In this document: piece by piece, positions 1 through 10,000 of the stretch
Numbering within the stretch: the first letter of the stretch is position 1
How the letters are laid out: each line of letters starts with the position of its first letter
Virus record (IMG/VR): IMGVR_UViG_3300029775_000400
DNA: 34,772 nucleotides
Direction: 5' to 3' (one strand)
DNA from: a virus
Position numbers and translations under genes: made by a program
The notes under the pieces: generated by a model
What the model saw: the letters and a program-made list of their open reading frames with translations, nothing else
Databases searched by the model: none
Told to the model about the DNA's origin: nothing

Positions 1-786
1 TTATAAAGCTTTTAAGTCGGCCTGTAAGGTTTTCAAGTCAAAACCATCCGGTGATTTACCATTCTTGAGGAATTCTGTGTCGAGTATGGCCCAGGCTTCA
101 TCTACGTATTTGTCCCAGAATTTCCAGGTCATGAACTGGGCTTTACCCCATGTAATGACCCAGAGTCCTTCTTTTGTTACTTTAAGAATTTTAATTGTTC
201 CATATCCTGAAGGGATTACACAGTGCCCGCCTTCTATCTCACTGTTTTTAGTTTGAACATCCCAAATATCGCCGTTCTGGAATTGTTCCATGGCATAGGC
301 CGGAACCATGAAACCTATATCAATTGCACTAAAAAGGTACTGGGCGATTTTAACTTCCTCATGGTCCTTACAGTTTAACTGGACAAAAGCCCCTATTTTA
401 TGCATTACACCATTTTTATCAGGTATCCCAACTTTTCTCCAATACTTCAGGACATCCCTTAGGCTACATCCAACATCTGTTGATTCATCTCCTGGAACGT
501 AGCCAGAAATGGCCTCATAAGTTTTTAATGCGTTATCATCAACAAACTCCGGCTTCTTCCCACCCTGAGTAAGCCAGATCATTAGCATGTGTATAGGTCC
601 GGCAACCGCACAATCTCCAATGCTATTATTGAGGAACATTCCATAATCCACGAAAGCCTCATAATCATTTGTGCTTTCCGGTGGTGTGGGTAGTACGGTT
701 TTATCAATGTATCGGGCTAACTTTAAATCACGTTTATCTTCTTTGAATGGTAATTTACCGAGTTTTAATCCATTATAATCTTTCAT
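1..786 (-). CDS. Papain-like (C1-type) cysteine peptidase, candidate endolysin
   Basis: 261 aa. LNNSIGDCAVAG (catalytic Cys), EGGHCVIPSGY (catalytic His), and ITWG at the NSWG position. GGAGATGA RBS. Located at the end of the tail module. Confidence 0.75.
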   Translation of the reverse strand: MKDYNGLKLGKLPFKEDKRDLKLARYIDKTVLPTPPESTNDYEAFVDYGMFLNNSIGDCAVAGPIHMLMIWLTQGGKKPEFVDDNALKTYEAISGYVPGDESTDVGCSLRDVLKYWRKVGIPDKNGVMHKIGAFVQLNCKDHEEVKIAQYLFSAIDIGFMVPAYAMEQFQNGDIWDVQTKNSEIEGGHCVIPSGYGTIKILKVTKEGLWVITWGKAQFMTWKFWDKYVDEAWAILDTEFLKNGKSPDGFDLKTLQADLKAL

Positions 787-910
787 TAAGTCATCTCCTT
801 AATTTCTGTAAAAAATGCTTAAAAATAAAAAGCAAAACACTTCAAAAAACGCTCATAGCGGTAGCTAACTCACATGTTTAGTTCACCTCAAAAAAGAGAA
901 ATAAGTTAAA

Positions 911-1501
911 TTATCCGTAGTAGGGGACGATGTAAAGGGGCGCGCAGCCTATGGACCAGGCATATAAGTCGCAAATGTTTATGGTGATCTCATTATCCCC
1001 CACCACTAACATTGAAGTAATCTCTACGGGCGGTCCTGACTGGATATAATGGTTGGAGTCATCATAAGATGGGGAATTAAGGGTTCCCTTGGAAGTTGTA
1101 ACCTGAATATAATCATCCGCCCATATCGTATCATTAGGTGTGTTCTGGCATGACTGCATTAAATAAACCCTGGCTTTACCATCCCAGTTAAAGTTGAAGG
1201 TTCCTAAGTTAACTACCTCATATTGATAGTTAACATCTCTAAGGAATCCATCTGTAACTTTTACACAATTTGATGATGTCACTCCACCTTTAACTGCAAT
1301 ATACTCACCAGTTCGTGTTCGTGTTACAAGTACGGTGTCTCCCACATTTATACTTGAATTTCCATGAATTGCAAGGGTACCATCTGGCAGCCGGTGAACC
1401 AGAACCTTATCTCCAATTGAAGGAGCGTTTCCTGGAGGTATGGCAACTTTTTCACCATTCTGGGTGGTGTAGACAATTGAATTATCTCCTTGTGAAGTCA
1501 T
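911..1501 (-). CDS. Putative tail tip / receptor-binding protein
   Basis: 196 aa directly after the hub gene. Two IGDKVLV/VGDTVLV motifs resemble spike OB-fold strands, followed by a beta-rich, aromatic C-terminal domain. Confidence 0.5.
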   Translation of the reverse strand: MTSQGDNSIVYTTQNGEKVAIPPGNAPSIGDKVLVHRLPDGTLAIHGNSSINVGDTVLVTRTRTGEYIAVKGGVTSSNCVKVTDGFLRDVNYQYEVVNLGTFNFNWDGKARVYLMQSCQNTPNDTIWADDYIQVTTSKGTLNSPSYDDSNHYIQSGPPVEITSMLVVGDNEITINICDLYAWSIGCAPLYIVPYYG

Positions 1502-1506
1502 CCTTT

Positions 1507-3840
1507 TTAACCTCCAAGGTTTCGGGCGTTAACTGTTCCAGGTTCGTTCACCGGCTGCACTGTTACACCATTCTTTCCCACATCCGTAACCACGGCAGTA
1601 AACGGTGCATACTCTTTAACTGCGTACTTTGCAATGCTATTTACGGCTTCATAGTCACTTAAAGGGCCAATTATGGAACGATCAGTTGTTGCAACTATCG
1701 TGGTTGTACGGTCTGCAGAATCCCCGTTTAAGGTTATAGCAGTTATGACAAAAGTCATTCCTCGGAGTTTATAATGATCTGGGAAGTAAACGGGTTGGCC
1801 CATTTCACAATCAGGGAATCGGCTTAAAACAATTGTTGCTGTGAAAATAGGTTTGGAATGTAGGTTTAACTCATTTTGTACCTTTGCATTTAAATCTGAT
1901 TGGTTTGTTATTGTTGAGTCTTGTATTGGCTCCCCTGTTTGCACACCGTAACCAGGCCAGATTAAACCAGTGTCTGGGTCTGTCCAACCGTTTATACTGG
2001 CCGTATCCTGAAGATGAGTCGTTATATTATTATTTTCTCCAGCAGTACCGGTCAAATTATTTACAAGGTTTTCACTGTTTTCTTCAACCTCTAAACTTAA
2101 CATCCGTGGATTATCTTTTAAAATACTAATTCCTATGCTCGTGTCTGGAACATCTGTGTAAAAGATTCTAAGAAGGCCCTTTTTATCAATAAACCAGTTA
2201 ACATTTTTACCCAGTACCCTACTAACCAAAGCCAATAAGTCATTTAAGGCAGCTGCTCGTGTATCCCAGTTACCCCCGAAGCCTTTAAAGACATTGTTTT
2301 GGTTTACAATTCCTGTTACTGTTATGTCCACGCAGGGCCCTAGTTCAACGCCCATTCCGTCCAGAATCATGTCCAATAACTGGTAGGAGGTGTAGCTGGT
2401 GGGATTGGATTCTACGCAAGCTAGTGTGAAGGGTTGTGATATGAGTTTGGATCCTGTGTCTCGTCCGGTTATGGTCCAGGTTCTTTCGCTGTCAACATTA
2501 CTGTCTTTTACATCCTGGATAGCACCTGAATAAAATCCGTCTTTATCACCATAACGTTCCTTAAATGTTATACCTTGACCAGTCATTAAGATTAAATCAT
2601 CTGCTGTTAAATAGGACACATCAAATGTGGAGGCAGCATCATTACCCCTCTTTTCAATATTGAAATTCTCCAAACCTGCATATTCCACGCCGTCAACTTC
2701 AAAAACGATGTCATCGTCTGGTTTGGGTGCGCTCATAGGACTATCGCCTAGAACGTTTCCCTGAACCATTATATTTTCAGTGGCTGAAACATATCGAGTT
2801 TCACTCCAGGCGCCCAGGGTTCCAGTGGCTGGTGGGGTTGCTGTTGGAATGACGTTTAGTTCATCAAACATGTCGGGATCGTAAGAAAGGAAACGGATCG
2901 TGGTTCCGGTGGGATAAGTGGAATTAGTGACGTTTAATACTTGGTTGCCGTTGACGTTGACTATAAAACCTGTAGTCGTGGTTGTAATTTGGATGTTATA
3001 CCAAACACCAGGTGAAAAGGTATAATTACGTGAAGCTATGGACGAACTGTTTCCATTGGTGGATAGATATGCTGCTATGTGATCAGAGTAAATCAGGAAT
3101 AAATTCCCATTTTCGTAACCATTACCCCCTGCGTCTGCAGTGATACCGCGTAATAAGATACCTCCCCAGTTGGATCCACTTGTACGTTGTATTCGGAAAG
3201 TATAATTTTTGGGGGAACCATCATCAAGAAAGTGGATTTTTATTCCACCTTTCACACCACTTCCAGATTGAGTGTATGCACCAGGATTTGTCCAAGTTCC
3301 TGCTACAACAGTCCAATCTGAAATATTATCCATTGAATTATAAAATGCAGGAACATTATCTGGATCTGCTGTTGTTGTGGCATTTAAATTCCCACAGTAA
3401 ACTTTTATATTATTTATAGCTGGACTTGCTGACAAATCTGGGATTTTAACGTAGAAATCGGCATGATCACCATCCACACAATCTACAAAACAATAATCCA
3501 ATTTCCTACCATCTAGGGTTGCAAACCTTATATCCTGAAAATCGCTTCGCATGTAACCTGAAACATAAGGAATTGTGATAAAAACAGGGTAATTAATTAA
3601 TTCTCCATCGGTGGACCCGGGTTGTTCATATATGGCTACATGGGGCCATTCAGGATAAATGATTCCTTTGTGGAGGTCAACAGGAGTTACAGTTCCTGGA
3701 GGGTTATTTGCCTGGAAAGGCAGCCATTTTCCCTGTTCAACACGCCTTTTGATTATTCCATTGTCCAGACGGTAAGGCCTGTTTGGGTTTAAACCTGTAG
3801 GGGTTGGCTGGTAGTCAGGTGAAACTCCAACATTTATCAA
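1507..3840 (-). CDS. Baseplate hub (Tal/gp27-like) fused to N-terminal DUF2341-like and ConA/LamG-like domains
   Basis: Likely TTG start at 3840, after GGGGT and just downstream of the previous stop. SDFQDIRF...FYVKIP...VYCGN is DUF2341-like, PGVWYNIQI...VNVNGNQVL is ConA-like, and FYSGAIQDV...WTITGRDTGSKL is hub-like. Confidence 0.65.
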   Translation of the reverse strand: MINVGVSPDYQPTPTGLNPNRPYRLDNGIIKRRVEQGKWLPFQANNPPGTVTPVDLHKGIIYPEWPHVAIYEQPGSTDGELINYPVFITIPYVSGYMRSDFQDIRFATLDGRKLDYCFVDCVDGDHADFYVKIPDLSASPAINNIKVYCGNLNATTTADPDNVPAFYNSMDNISDWTVVAGTWTNPGAYTQSGSGVKGGIKIHFLDDGSPKNYTFRIQRTSGSNWGGILLRGITADAGGNGYENGNLFLIYSDHIAAYLSTNGNSSSIASRNYTFSPGVWYNIQITTTTTGFIVNVNGNQVLNVTNSTYPTGTTIRFLSYDPDMFDELNVIPTATPPATGTLGAWSETRYVSATENIMVQGNVLGDSPMSAPKPDDDIVFEVDGVEYAGLENFNIEKRGNDAASTFDVSYLTADDLILMTGQGITFKERYGDKDGFYSGAIQDVKDSNVDSERTWTITGRDTGSKLISQPFTLACVESNPTSYTSYQLLDMILDGMGVELGPCVDITVTGIVNQNNVFKGFGGNWDTRAAALNDLLALVSRVLGKNVNWFIDKKGLLRIFYTDVPDTSIGISILKDNPRMLSLEVEENSENLVNNLTGTAGENNNITTHLQDTASINGWTDPDTGLIWPGYGVQTGEPIQDSTITNQSDLNAKVQNELNLHSKPIFTATIVLSRFPDCEMGQPVYFPDHYKLRGMTFVITAITLNGDSADRTTTIVATTDRSIIGPLSDYEAVNSIAKYAVKEYAPFTAVVTDVGKNGVTVQPVNEPGTVNARNLGG

Positions 3841-3854
3841 TTTAAAACCCCCAT

Positions 3855-4682
3855 TTATCCCATTACTGTTCTTAACATAGCCATTTCTGTTGCACAAGCC
3901 GATGTTCCACCACTTAAAGCCAGGAAACCAAGACAACCACAGTTACTACCACTATCAACAGGTAACTGTGTGAATCCATCCCATTCGATAATAGAGTTTG
4001 CGTTTACGGTTGGTATCATGGCCAATGGTTTATATAAGAATAGATCAATACTTCCTGTTCCTGTAGCGCTTATATTCACATTTGTTATACTTGAAACACC
4101 ACTATCTCCAGCAGCTAAAGGCAAACATGGAGTTGCAAGTGGCATCATTTTAGGAGCTGCCAAAGACGCTGCAAACGCCCCTGTATTGGTACTATGGCCT
4201 GTTCCCTGATCTGAACTAGCAGGATTATAAGTAACTGTAACCGTTGGTGTTACACTCGAAAGAGCTGTATTCACTGCACAACCTATCTGAACGCCTTTCC
4301 CATCTATATAACGTGTAAGTGAAGGCATTGTGATCGCTCCAGGACTTGAAGCTATGGAATAATTGGCAAGCCAGAGCACATCAATTAAAAGAAGTGCTGC
4401 AATCCCCGCATTTGAGGGAACTGAAACTCCACATTTAAGGAGGTATTTATCGTTTGAACCTGGGCTTGTAAGTGGTATTGCTCCTGCGTCGGTTTCATTC
4501 ATAATACCTCCATTGTTTCCTGCTGTTCCAACCATTGGGCCGGGGCTTCCTGCACTTCGTAAAAGGGATAACCAGTTTCCAGCTGCGGCGGGTGTTATGT
4601 TTGTATTTTTTATATATATTGGGTCGTCTGCTCCACCGTTTGCTCTTGCGTTTATTATTCCATCATAATTCGTTATCGATAT
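3855..4682 (-). CDS. Virion/tail protein, 275 aa, apparently starting at ATA
   Basis: The ORF-track frame (start 4535) stays open to 4682: ISITNYDGIINARANGGADDPIYIKNTNITPAAAGNWLSLLRSAGSPGP. GGGGAGTG RBS-like element upstream of the ATA. Confidence 0.7.
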   Translation of the reverse strand: MSITNYDGIINARANGGADDPIYIKNTNITPAAAGNWLSLLRSAGSPGPMVGTAGNNGGIMNETDAGAIPLTSPGSNDKYLLKCGVSVPSNAGIAALLLIDVLWLANYSIASSPGAITMPSLTRYIDGKGVQIGCAVNTALSSVTPTVTVTYNPASSDQGTGHSTNTGAFAASLAAPKMMPLATPCLPLAAGDSGVSSITNVNISATGTGSIDLFLYKPLAMIPTVNANSIIEWDGFTQLPVDSGSNCGCLGFLALSGGTSACATEMAMLRTVMG

Positions 4683-4683
4683 T

Positions 4684-5280
4684 TTAACACTCCCCTATTG
4701 CTTTTTTAGTTAAATCATGGATTAAAGAAGCAGTAATTGGATCTTGATAATATCCTAATGATTTCCAATTCCGGTTAAAAGAAATCCTACATTGCCAAGG
4801 TCTTCCTTCAGGATTCCCTCTTTTATCAAAGGTTGCTCCAGGATGTTTACCATATTTGGCTTTACTCATTTTTTCAATAGTTTTTTTAGGGTGTCTTCGT
4901 CCCCACATGGAATTATTTCCCCCTTTATGTGATTTACTCATTTTTTTTCGAGTTTCTTCTGAAAAACGGCCATGAGATCCGCCTTCTCTTATATTATAAC
5001 CCCATTTATCCACACTTGAATTATAATATATTATATAAAATTTTTCAAGAAGATTTAAATGGTTTTGATTTGTTATTTTTTGTTCTATGACTTTCCATGA
5101 AAAGTTTTCTTTTCCATATTTTTTTATAGCCATTTCTATTGCAGAATTAGGATGGGGCTTAGAATGGTGTTCATTTTTACGTTGTGGCCATTTTTGGATT
5201 GTTTGACCTACATAACATTTTCCATTTATCTTATTTTTGACTACATAGATCAACCCATTTACCTCGGTATTATTCGCCAT
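4684..5280 (-). CDS. Free-standing GIY-YIG homing endonuclease with NUMOD3-like repeats and AP2-like C-terminus
   Basis: GLIYVVKNKINGKCYVGQT; SEETRKKMSKSHKG and KKTIEKMSKAKYG; WQCRISFNRNWKSLGYY. Visibly more AT-rich than its flanks. Confidence 0.88.
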   Translation of the reverse strand: MANNTEVNGLIYVVKNKINGKCYVGQTIQKWPQRKNEHHSKPHPNSAIEMAIKKYGKENFSWKVIEQKITNQNHLNLLEKFYIIYYNSSVDKWGYNIREGGSHGRFSEETRKKMSKSHKGGNNSMWGRRHPKKTIEKMSKAKYGKHPGATFDKRGNPEGRPWQCRISFNRNWKSLGYYQDPITASLIHDLTKKAIGEC

Positions 5281-5334
5281 CTTTCTCAGCTCCTTAAAAT
5301 CAGTTTCCAGAAAAAAAAGTAAAAAAATAATAGT

Positions 5335-5712
5335 TTAGTTTAAGTAGGTTGCTGTGACTTTTATTCCACAGAGAAAGTTTCCTTCATCCGCATAATCAGG
5401 AACATCCAATTTAACATAAATCTTTTTATATGTACCATAAGGAATAGAGTCAATTGTGATTTTATTAGAATATCCAACCTCATTTAAGCTTAATTCAACG
5501 TATTTATATGATTCTGCGCTTGCATCTCTCATACTGTTAGGTATAAGGCTTGAATCCACTGGATAAGTTTGAATAACTACATTGGATAAGTCATTTACGT
5601 CACTGCCAACCTGGATAATTTGATCGCCTGTTTCAGTGTTCGCATATACACTTTGAAAAAGAAGATTAGAAATAGGATTCCCAGCATCATCCAAAACATA
5701 AAAAGGGTCCAT
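5335..5712 (-). CDS. Small tail-module protein
   Basis: 125 aa, beta-rich, start overlaps the stop of the Dit-like gene. Confidence 0.6.
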   Translation of the reverse strand: MDPFYVLDDAGNPISNLLFQSVYANTETGDQIIQVGSDVNDLSNVVIQTYPVDSSLIPNSMRDASAESYKYVELSLNEVGYSNKITIDSIPYGTYKKIYVKLDVPDYADEGNFLCGIKVTATYLN

Positions 5713-7049
5713 TATTCATACACCACCTTAACCTGTTTCAAATAACAACCACTGTTTAACGCAGCAGAGTTTACGCCATCCACAGGCGCCAGGTGCTGAC
5801 TGGTTAAAAAGCTTAAAATCATGGATGGTGGAGAAATGGTAAAGGTTAAAGTTTCTAGGCCATCCTCCCCAGTGTCATCTGTGTTGTGGTCGTGGCTGTA
5901 ATGCCAGCTTTGAGTATTTCCGTTTACGGTGAGCGTGGCGGGTAGGTTGCAGGCGTTTCCTTGAACTTCAACCTGTTTAACTGCTCTGTCCTCGGTTATT
6001 GTCATGATTCCGATTTCACGGCCTGCAGCATTAGGATCAGAACTCATATCCTGGTCCTTTGGAACATATGTGATGATTACTTGAATGTAATCCACCCAAA
6101 CCTCTTTATATTTATCCAGGGTGGCAGAGTAGCTCACGGTGAAATTTGGATCATTGTATGCTGAAGGGTCTGTTGAGAAATAAGGGAGCGACCCATCTAA
6201 ACTATCAAGAACTATGGTCTGCATATTGGAAGGGTCGGTTCCCTGGGCGTAATCTTTAATGGCCTCATCCACTGGGGAATACATGCCCGCCCCAGCAATA
6301 GTTATGTAGTGCTTTGCAATGTTGAAATAGGGACTTCTAATCTTACTATTATTTGCATAACAGATTTTAACTTGAACACGACTCACAACCATGTCAGTTG
6401 GAATATTAAATCCGAAGTTGCTTGCTATTAACTGCTTAGAACCACCAACACTACCTGAATCATTTGTTGCGTGGGCCGTGTAACCATCCGCACCCTCAAT
6501 GAGGCCTTGGTTGACCCACCCCCACGTCGCATTTGGTATAGAGTTATCTGAAACGGTCCCAGGGAAAGCACTAACCGTTCCACCAGTCTGAGCCGGAACA
6601 TCCTTAGTCCAACACTGATAATCAATATTCCTATACAATCTGTAATCTGGACTGTAAATCGCATAAGCCGGGAGATTCACCAACTGCAACTCAAAAATAA
6701 GATCCCACTGAATCAACTGATCCGCAAATTCAGTCTCAATAAACTGAGGATAGTAAAGGGCGCCCTGCCAGGAGTTATTCCCCTCTGTTATCGTGACGAT
6801 CTGGCCGTCACGTGAAACCTGAAGATCCGTCCCACCATTCATGAGTGGTTTATTGTTGATAACATCTGCAGCAATGGCCCTGAATGCTTCTATCTCATCC
6901 CTCGCATCAGCATAAAAATCATCAGGATAAGCCGCACAATGCAAAGTCACCTTGGGAAATTCAGTCCAATCAACACCGCTGGCACTATCATCCCCACCAG
7001 TTATCCACCTTGGAGTTATCCCATTTATAGTCCAATCACCATAACCCAT
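5712..7049 (-). CDS. Distal-tail (Dit-like) protein with inserted jelly-roll domain
   Basis: First gene after the TMP. The central WVNQGLIEGADG...SNFGFNIPTDMVVSRVQVKI...VWVDYIQVIITY segment resembles carbohydrate-binding-like inserts. Confidence 0.55.
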   Translation of the reverse strand: MGYGDWTINGITPRWITGGDDSASGVDWTEFPKVTLHCAAYPDDFYADARDEIEAFRAIAADVINNKPLMNGGTDLQVSRDGQIVTITEGNNSWQGALYYPQFIETEFADQLIQWDLIFELQLVNLPAYAIYSPDYRLYRNIDYQCWTKDVPAQTGGTVSAFPGTVSDNSIPNATWGWVNQGLIEGADGYTAHATNDSGSVGGSKQLIASNFGFNIPTDMVVSRVQVKICYANNSKIRSPYFNIAKHYITIAGAGMYSPVDEAIKDYAQGTDPSNMQTIVLDSLDGSLPYFSTDPSAYNDPNFTVSYSATLDKYKEVWVDYIQVIITYVPKDQDMSSDPNAAGREIGIMTITEDRAVKQVEVQGNACNLPATLTVNGNTQSWHYSHDHNTDDTGEDGLETLTFTISPPSMILSFLTSQHLAPVDGVNSAALNSGCYLKQVKVVYE

Positions 7050-7055
7050 CACACA

Positions 7056-10000
7056 TCACCTCCTTAAAATCACAGTTGGCTTCAAACCGTTAGTTACAGC
7101 GCCTTTCTGCAGGCTTGAGGATATACTATTACCTAAAAGGTTCCCACCCTGATTCACAACATTCTTATCAGCATTACCGTTTACCTGAACCGCTCCATCC
7201 TGTACGGTTAAATAAATAACTGTTTGACCCACCTGTGAACTGTTAATGGCTTTTGTAAGGCCTGGGTTTGAGAGGTTTGAAAGTCTTGGGAGCTGCACCA
7301 TCTCATCCATATAACCTGTGAATCGTGATAAACCTGCAACTCCACCCTGGGCCAGACTTGCAGCCCAAGACTTCATGTTCTCTGCCTTAATGGTTGCTAA
7401 TGGTCCCTCTTTTGGTGGGGAATGTGGAAACATGTTGGAAATCCTGGTAAAAACAGAACTTAAATTAGGTAAACCCGCCGTGATACCACCAGACAGGTTA
7501 TTTATCATGGATAAACCAGTACTCCACAAGTGAGAAGAGGTTGACTGCATACTGGCCAGGAAACTAGAGGTTTTACTAGTTATTGATTCCAGGTTCACAT
7601 CCAAACCGCCAAAACCAGAAGATAAACCACTGCTAAGGCCATTTATGAGTTGATTACCCCAGTTCGCCCAGTTTCCAGCAGAAACATTGCTTAAAGGGCC
7701 GGTTTTAGGTGGACTGTGGGTTTCAGTCATTCCCTGAATAACACTCAAAGCTGACCTTAAACCCGGAATACCATTTAAAATTCCTTCCTCCAAACCATGG
7801 ACTATCTGGCCACCATAATTTTCCATTTTACCAGGAAGGGTTCCAAGCCACTGCATGAATTTATTCCATTCATTCTGGACCCATTGAACGGCTTCATGTT
7901 CTCCTTTCTCAATATCAGACCATTTAGGGATTGGAACCTTTGGAACGTGGCTTTCAACATAAGTTTTAAGAGCATTCCACTCATTCTGAACCCACTGTTT
8001 AGCAGGGTCCAAACCCTTTTCAACATCGGCCCAGGTAGGGACCTTCACCTTAGGAGTGTGCTGTGTAACATACTGCTGCAAACCACCCCACTTGGTTTGA
8101 ACCGTATTCTTAGCAGTATCTAAACCTTGATGAATTGTAGTCCAATTCAATTTCGTATTTGGGGCATGACTGGATACGTATTGTTTTAACTGGCCCCATT
8201 TTCCTTGAACTGTGCTTTTAGCGCCGTCTAATCCTTGGTGGATTGTACTCCAGTTCACTTTTGGAAGTTTAGAAGTTACATTACTACTTACATACTGCTG
8301 CAATTGGCCTAACTTAGTCTGCACCGTAGTTTTGGCACCATCCAAACCAGAAGTAAGACCAGACCAACTAATTTTAGGCATCTTATAACTTGATTCTAAA
8401 CTCACACCATGGCCTTTCAACCAACCAGGTAAGTTCAACTGATCTGCAAGTGAACCCGGTATGTTCTTGTTTCCTGCATTGCCTAAATCTGTTTTTAGAT
8501 GGTTAATTGGATCCCAATCTGGGGCGGATGGTGTATTAAACCCTAAAACGGCCCCCATAGACATAGAACCATTAGAAACTAAGGAACCAAGATTCCCAAG
8601 ACCTCCAAGACTTGCAGAACCTAAGTCAATTCCCTGCCCTTTCAACCAACCGGGGAGGTTTAATTGATCTGCCAAGGATCCGGGAACGTTTTTGTTCCCT
8701 GCATTTCCTATGTCTTTTTTCATCTGGTTTATTGGATCCCAATCTATGAGGGGCTGGTTATTTTCAAGGTTCCATAGTGGGTTTCCAGGAAGATCCATAC
8801 CTAAAAATACGCCTGCATCTGCAGCTCCCATGTTCAGCATGTCAAAAAGGGTGGTTCCTAGGCTGTAACCTACGGCTTTTCCACTTCCTACCTTAGCTGA
8901 TGTATATAAACCGTTAAGGAGGGTATCTACAATTTCACCGCCACCAGGTAATTTTCCTAGGGTGCCTTTTATTCCTCCTTTGATCTTGTCAAATATTGAT
9001 TCACCAGATCCTGTTGAAGATGAACCACCAGTTCCAGACCAATCTGGCTCATAGGTGCCTTCACTGTTTTTTGTCATTTCAATAGTTTTGGGTTCTTCAG
9101 TTCCACTTCCTACTGTTGGGGTTGTTCCTGTGGTTGTTCCGCTGCCAAAGATCCTGGTGTAAACGTTTGAACCATCTAAATCCCCTACTTTTAGTTTAAG
9201 ATTATCAATAATACCACTTATCTTGCTGTAAGCAGTGTCCCCCTCACCTGTGTCCTTAAATATTCTATCATAGACATCGTACCCGTTAAGTTCGTTTATC
9301 TTTGCCTTTGCATCATCAACAAAACCGGATACTTTCCCTTCTGCAGCTGTGACGGTTCCCTTTTCATCACCAAAGATTTTACTCCAAACATCTGAATCTT
9401 TCAGTTCACCAAGTTTGGCCTTGGTATCACTGATAAAACTAGAAATCCTGGAAGATAGATCGCTTAAACTTGTGTTTACACGGCCTTCCTCATCATCTAG
9501 GAAACTCTTTGTATCTCCATAGTAGTGCTCGTAGCCATCGTCTAATATTCCAGTTATCTTTTCTTTTGTACTTTCCACTTTACTGGTTAGTTTAGTCAGT
9601 GTTTCGGAAGATGAACTTTCTATCTTATTATTGTCTCCGTAATAGTGTTCGTAGCCTTCATCAAGTATTTCGTTTACTTTATTTTTTGTACTCTCAAATT
9701 TCTCAGTTATCTTGTCCAATGTTTCCGAGTTAGAGTCAACCGCTTTGTTATTGTCGCCGTAGTAATGTTCGTAACCATCATCAAGTACTCCAGTTATCTT
9801 GTCCTTTGCAGATGAAACCTTACTTACCAGGTCATCCCAACTAACTCCTTGGATACGGCCTTCTTCATCATCAAGGAATGATCCAGTTTTACCGTAGTAA
9901 TGATCGTAACCCTCATCAAGTATTTCACCTATTTTATCCTTAGTACTCTCAAATTTACCAGTTATCTTATCTAATATCTCAGAATTAGATTCTACGGCCT

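Noticed and set aside
1495-1515. Frameshift fusing the hub and tip genes (apparently split OB-fold)
   Set aside because: The hub stop TAA comes before the A-run, so there is no in-phase slippery heptamer, and the next gene has its own GGAGG RBS and ATG.
3841-3936. ORF-track start of the hub gene at 3936
   Set aside because: It overlaps the upstream gene by 82 bp; TTG at 3840 has a better RBS and junction.
4684-5280. Endonuclease gene as part of a group I intron or intein
   Set aside because: The upstream gene ends with a normal stop, the ORF has its own RBS and start, and I see no intron core or intein motifs.
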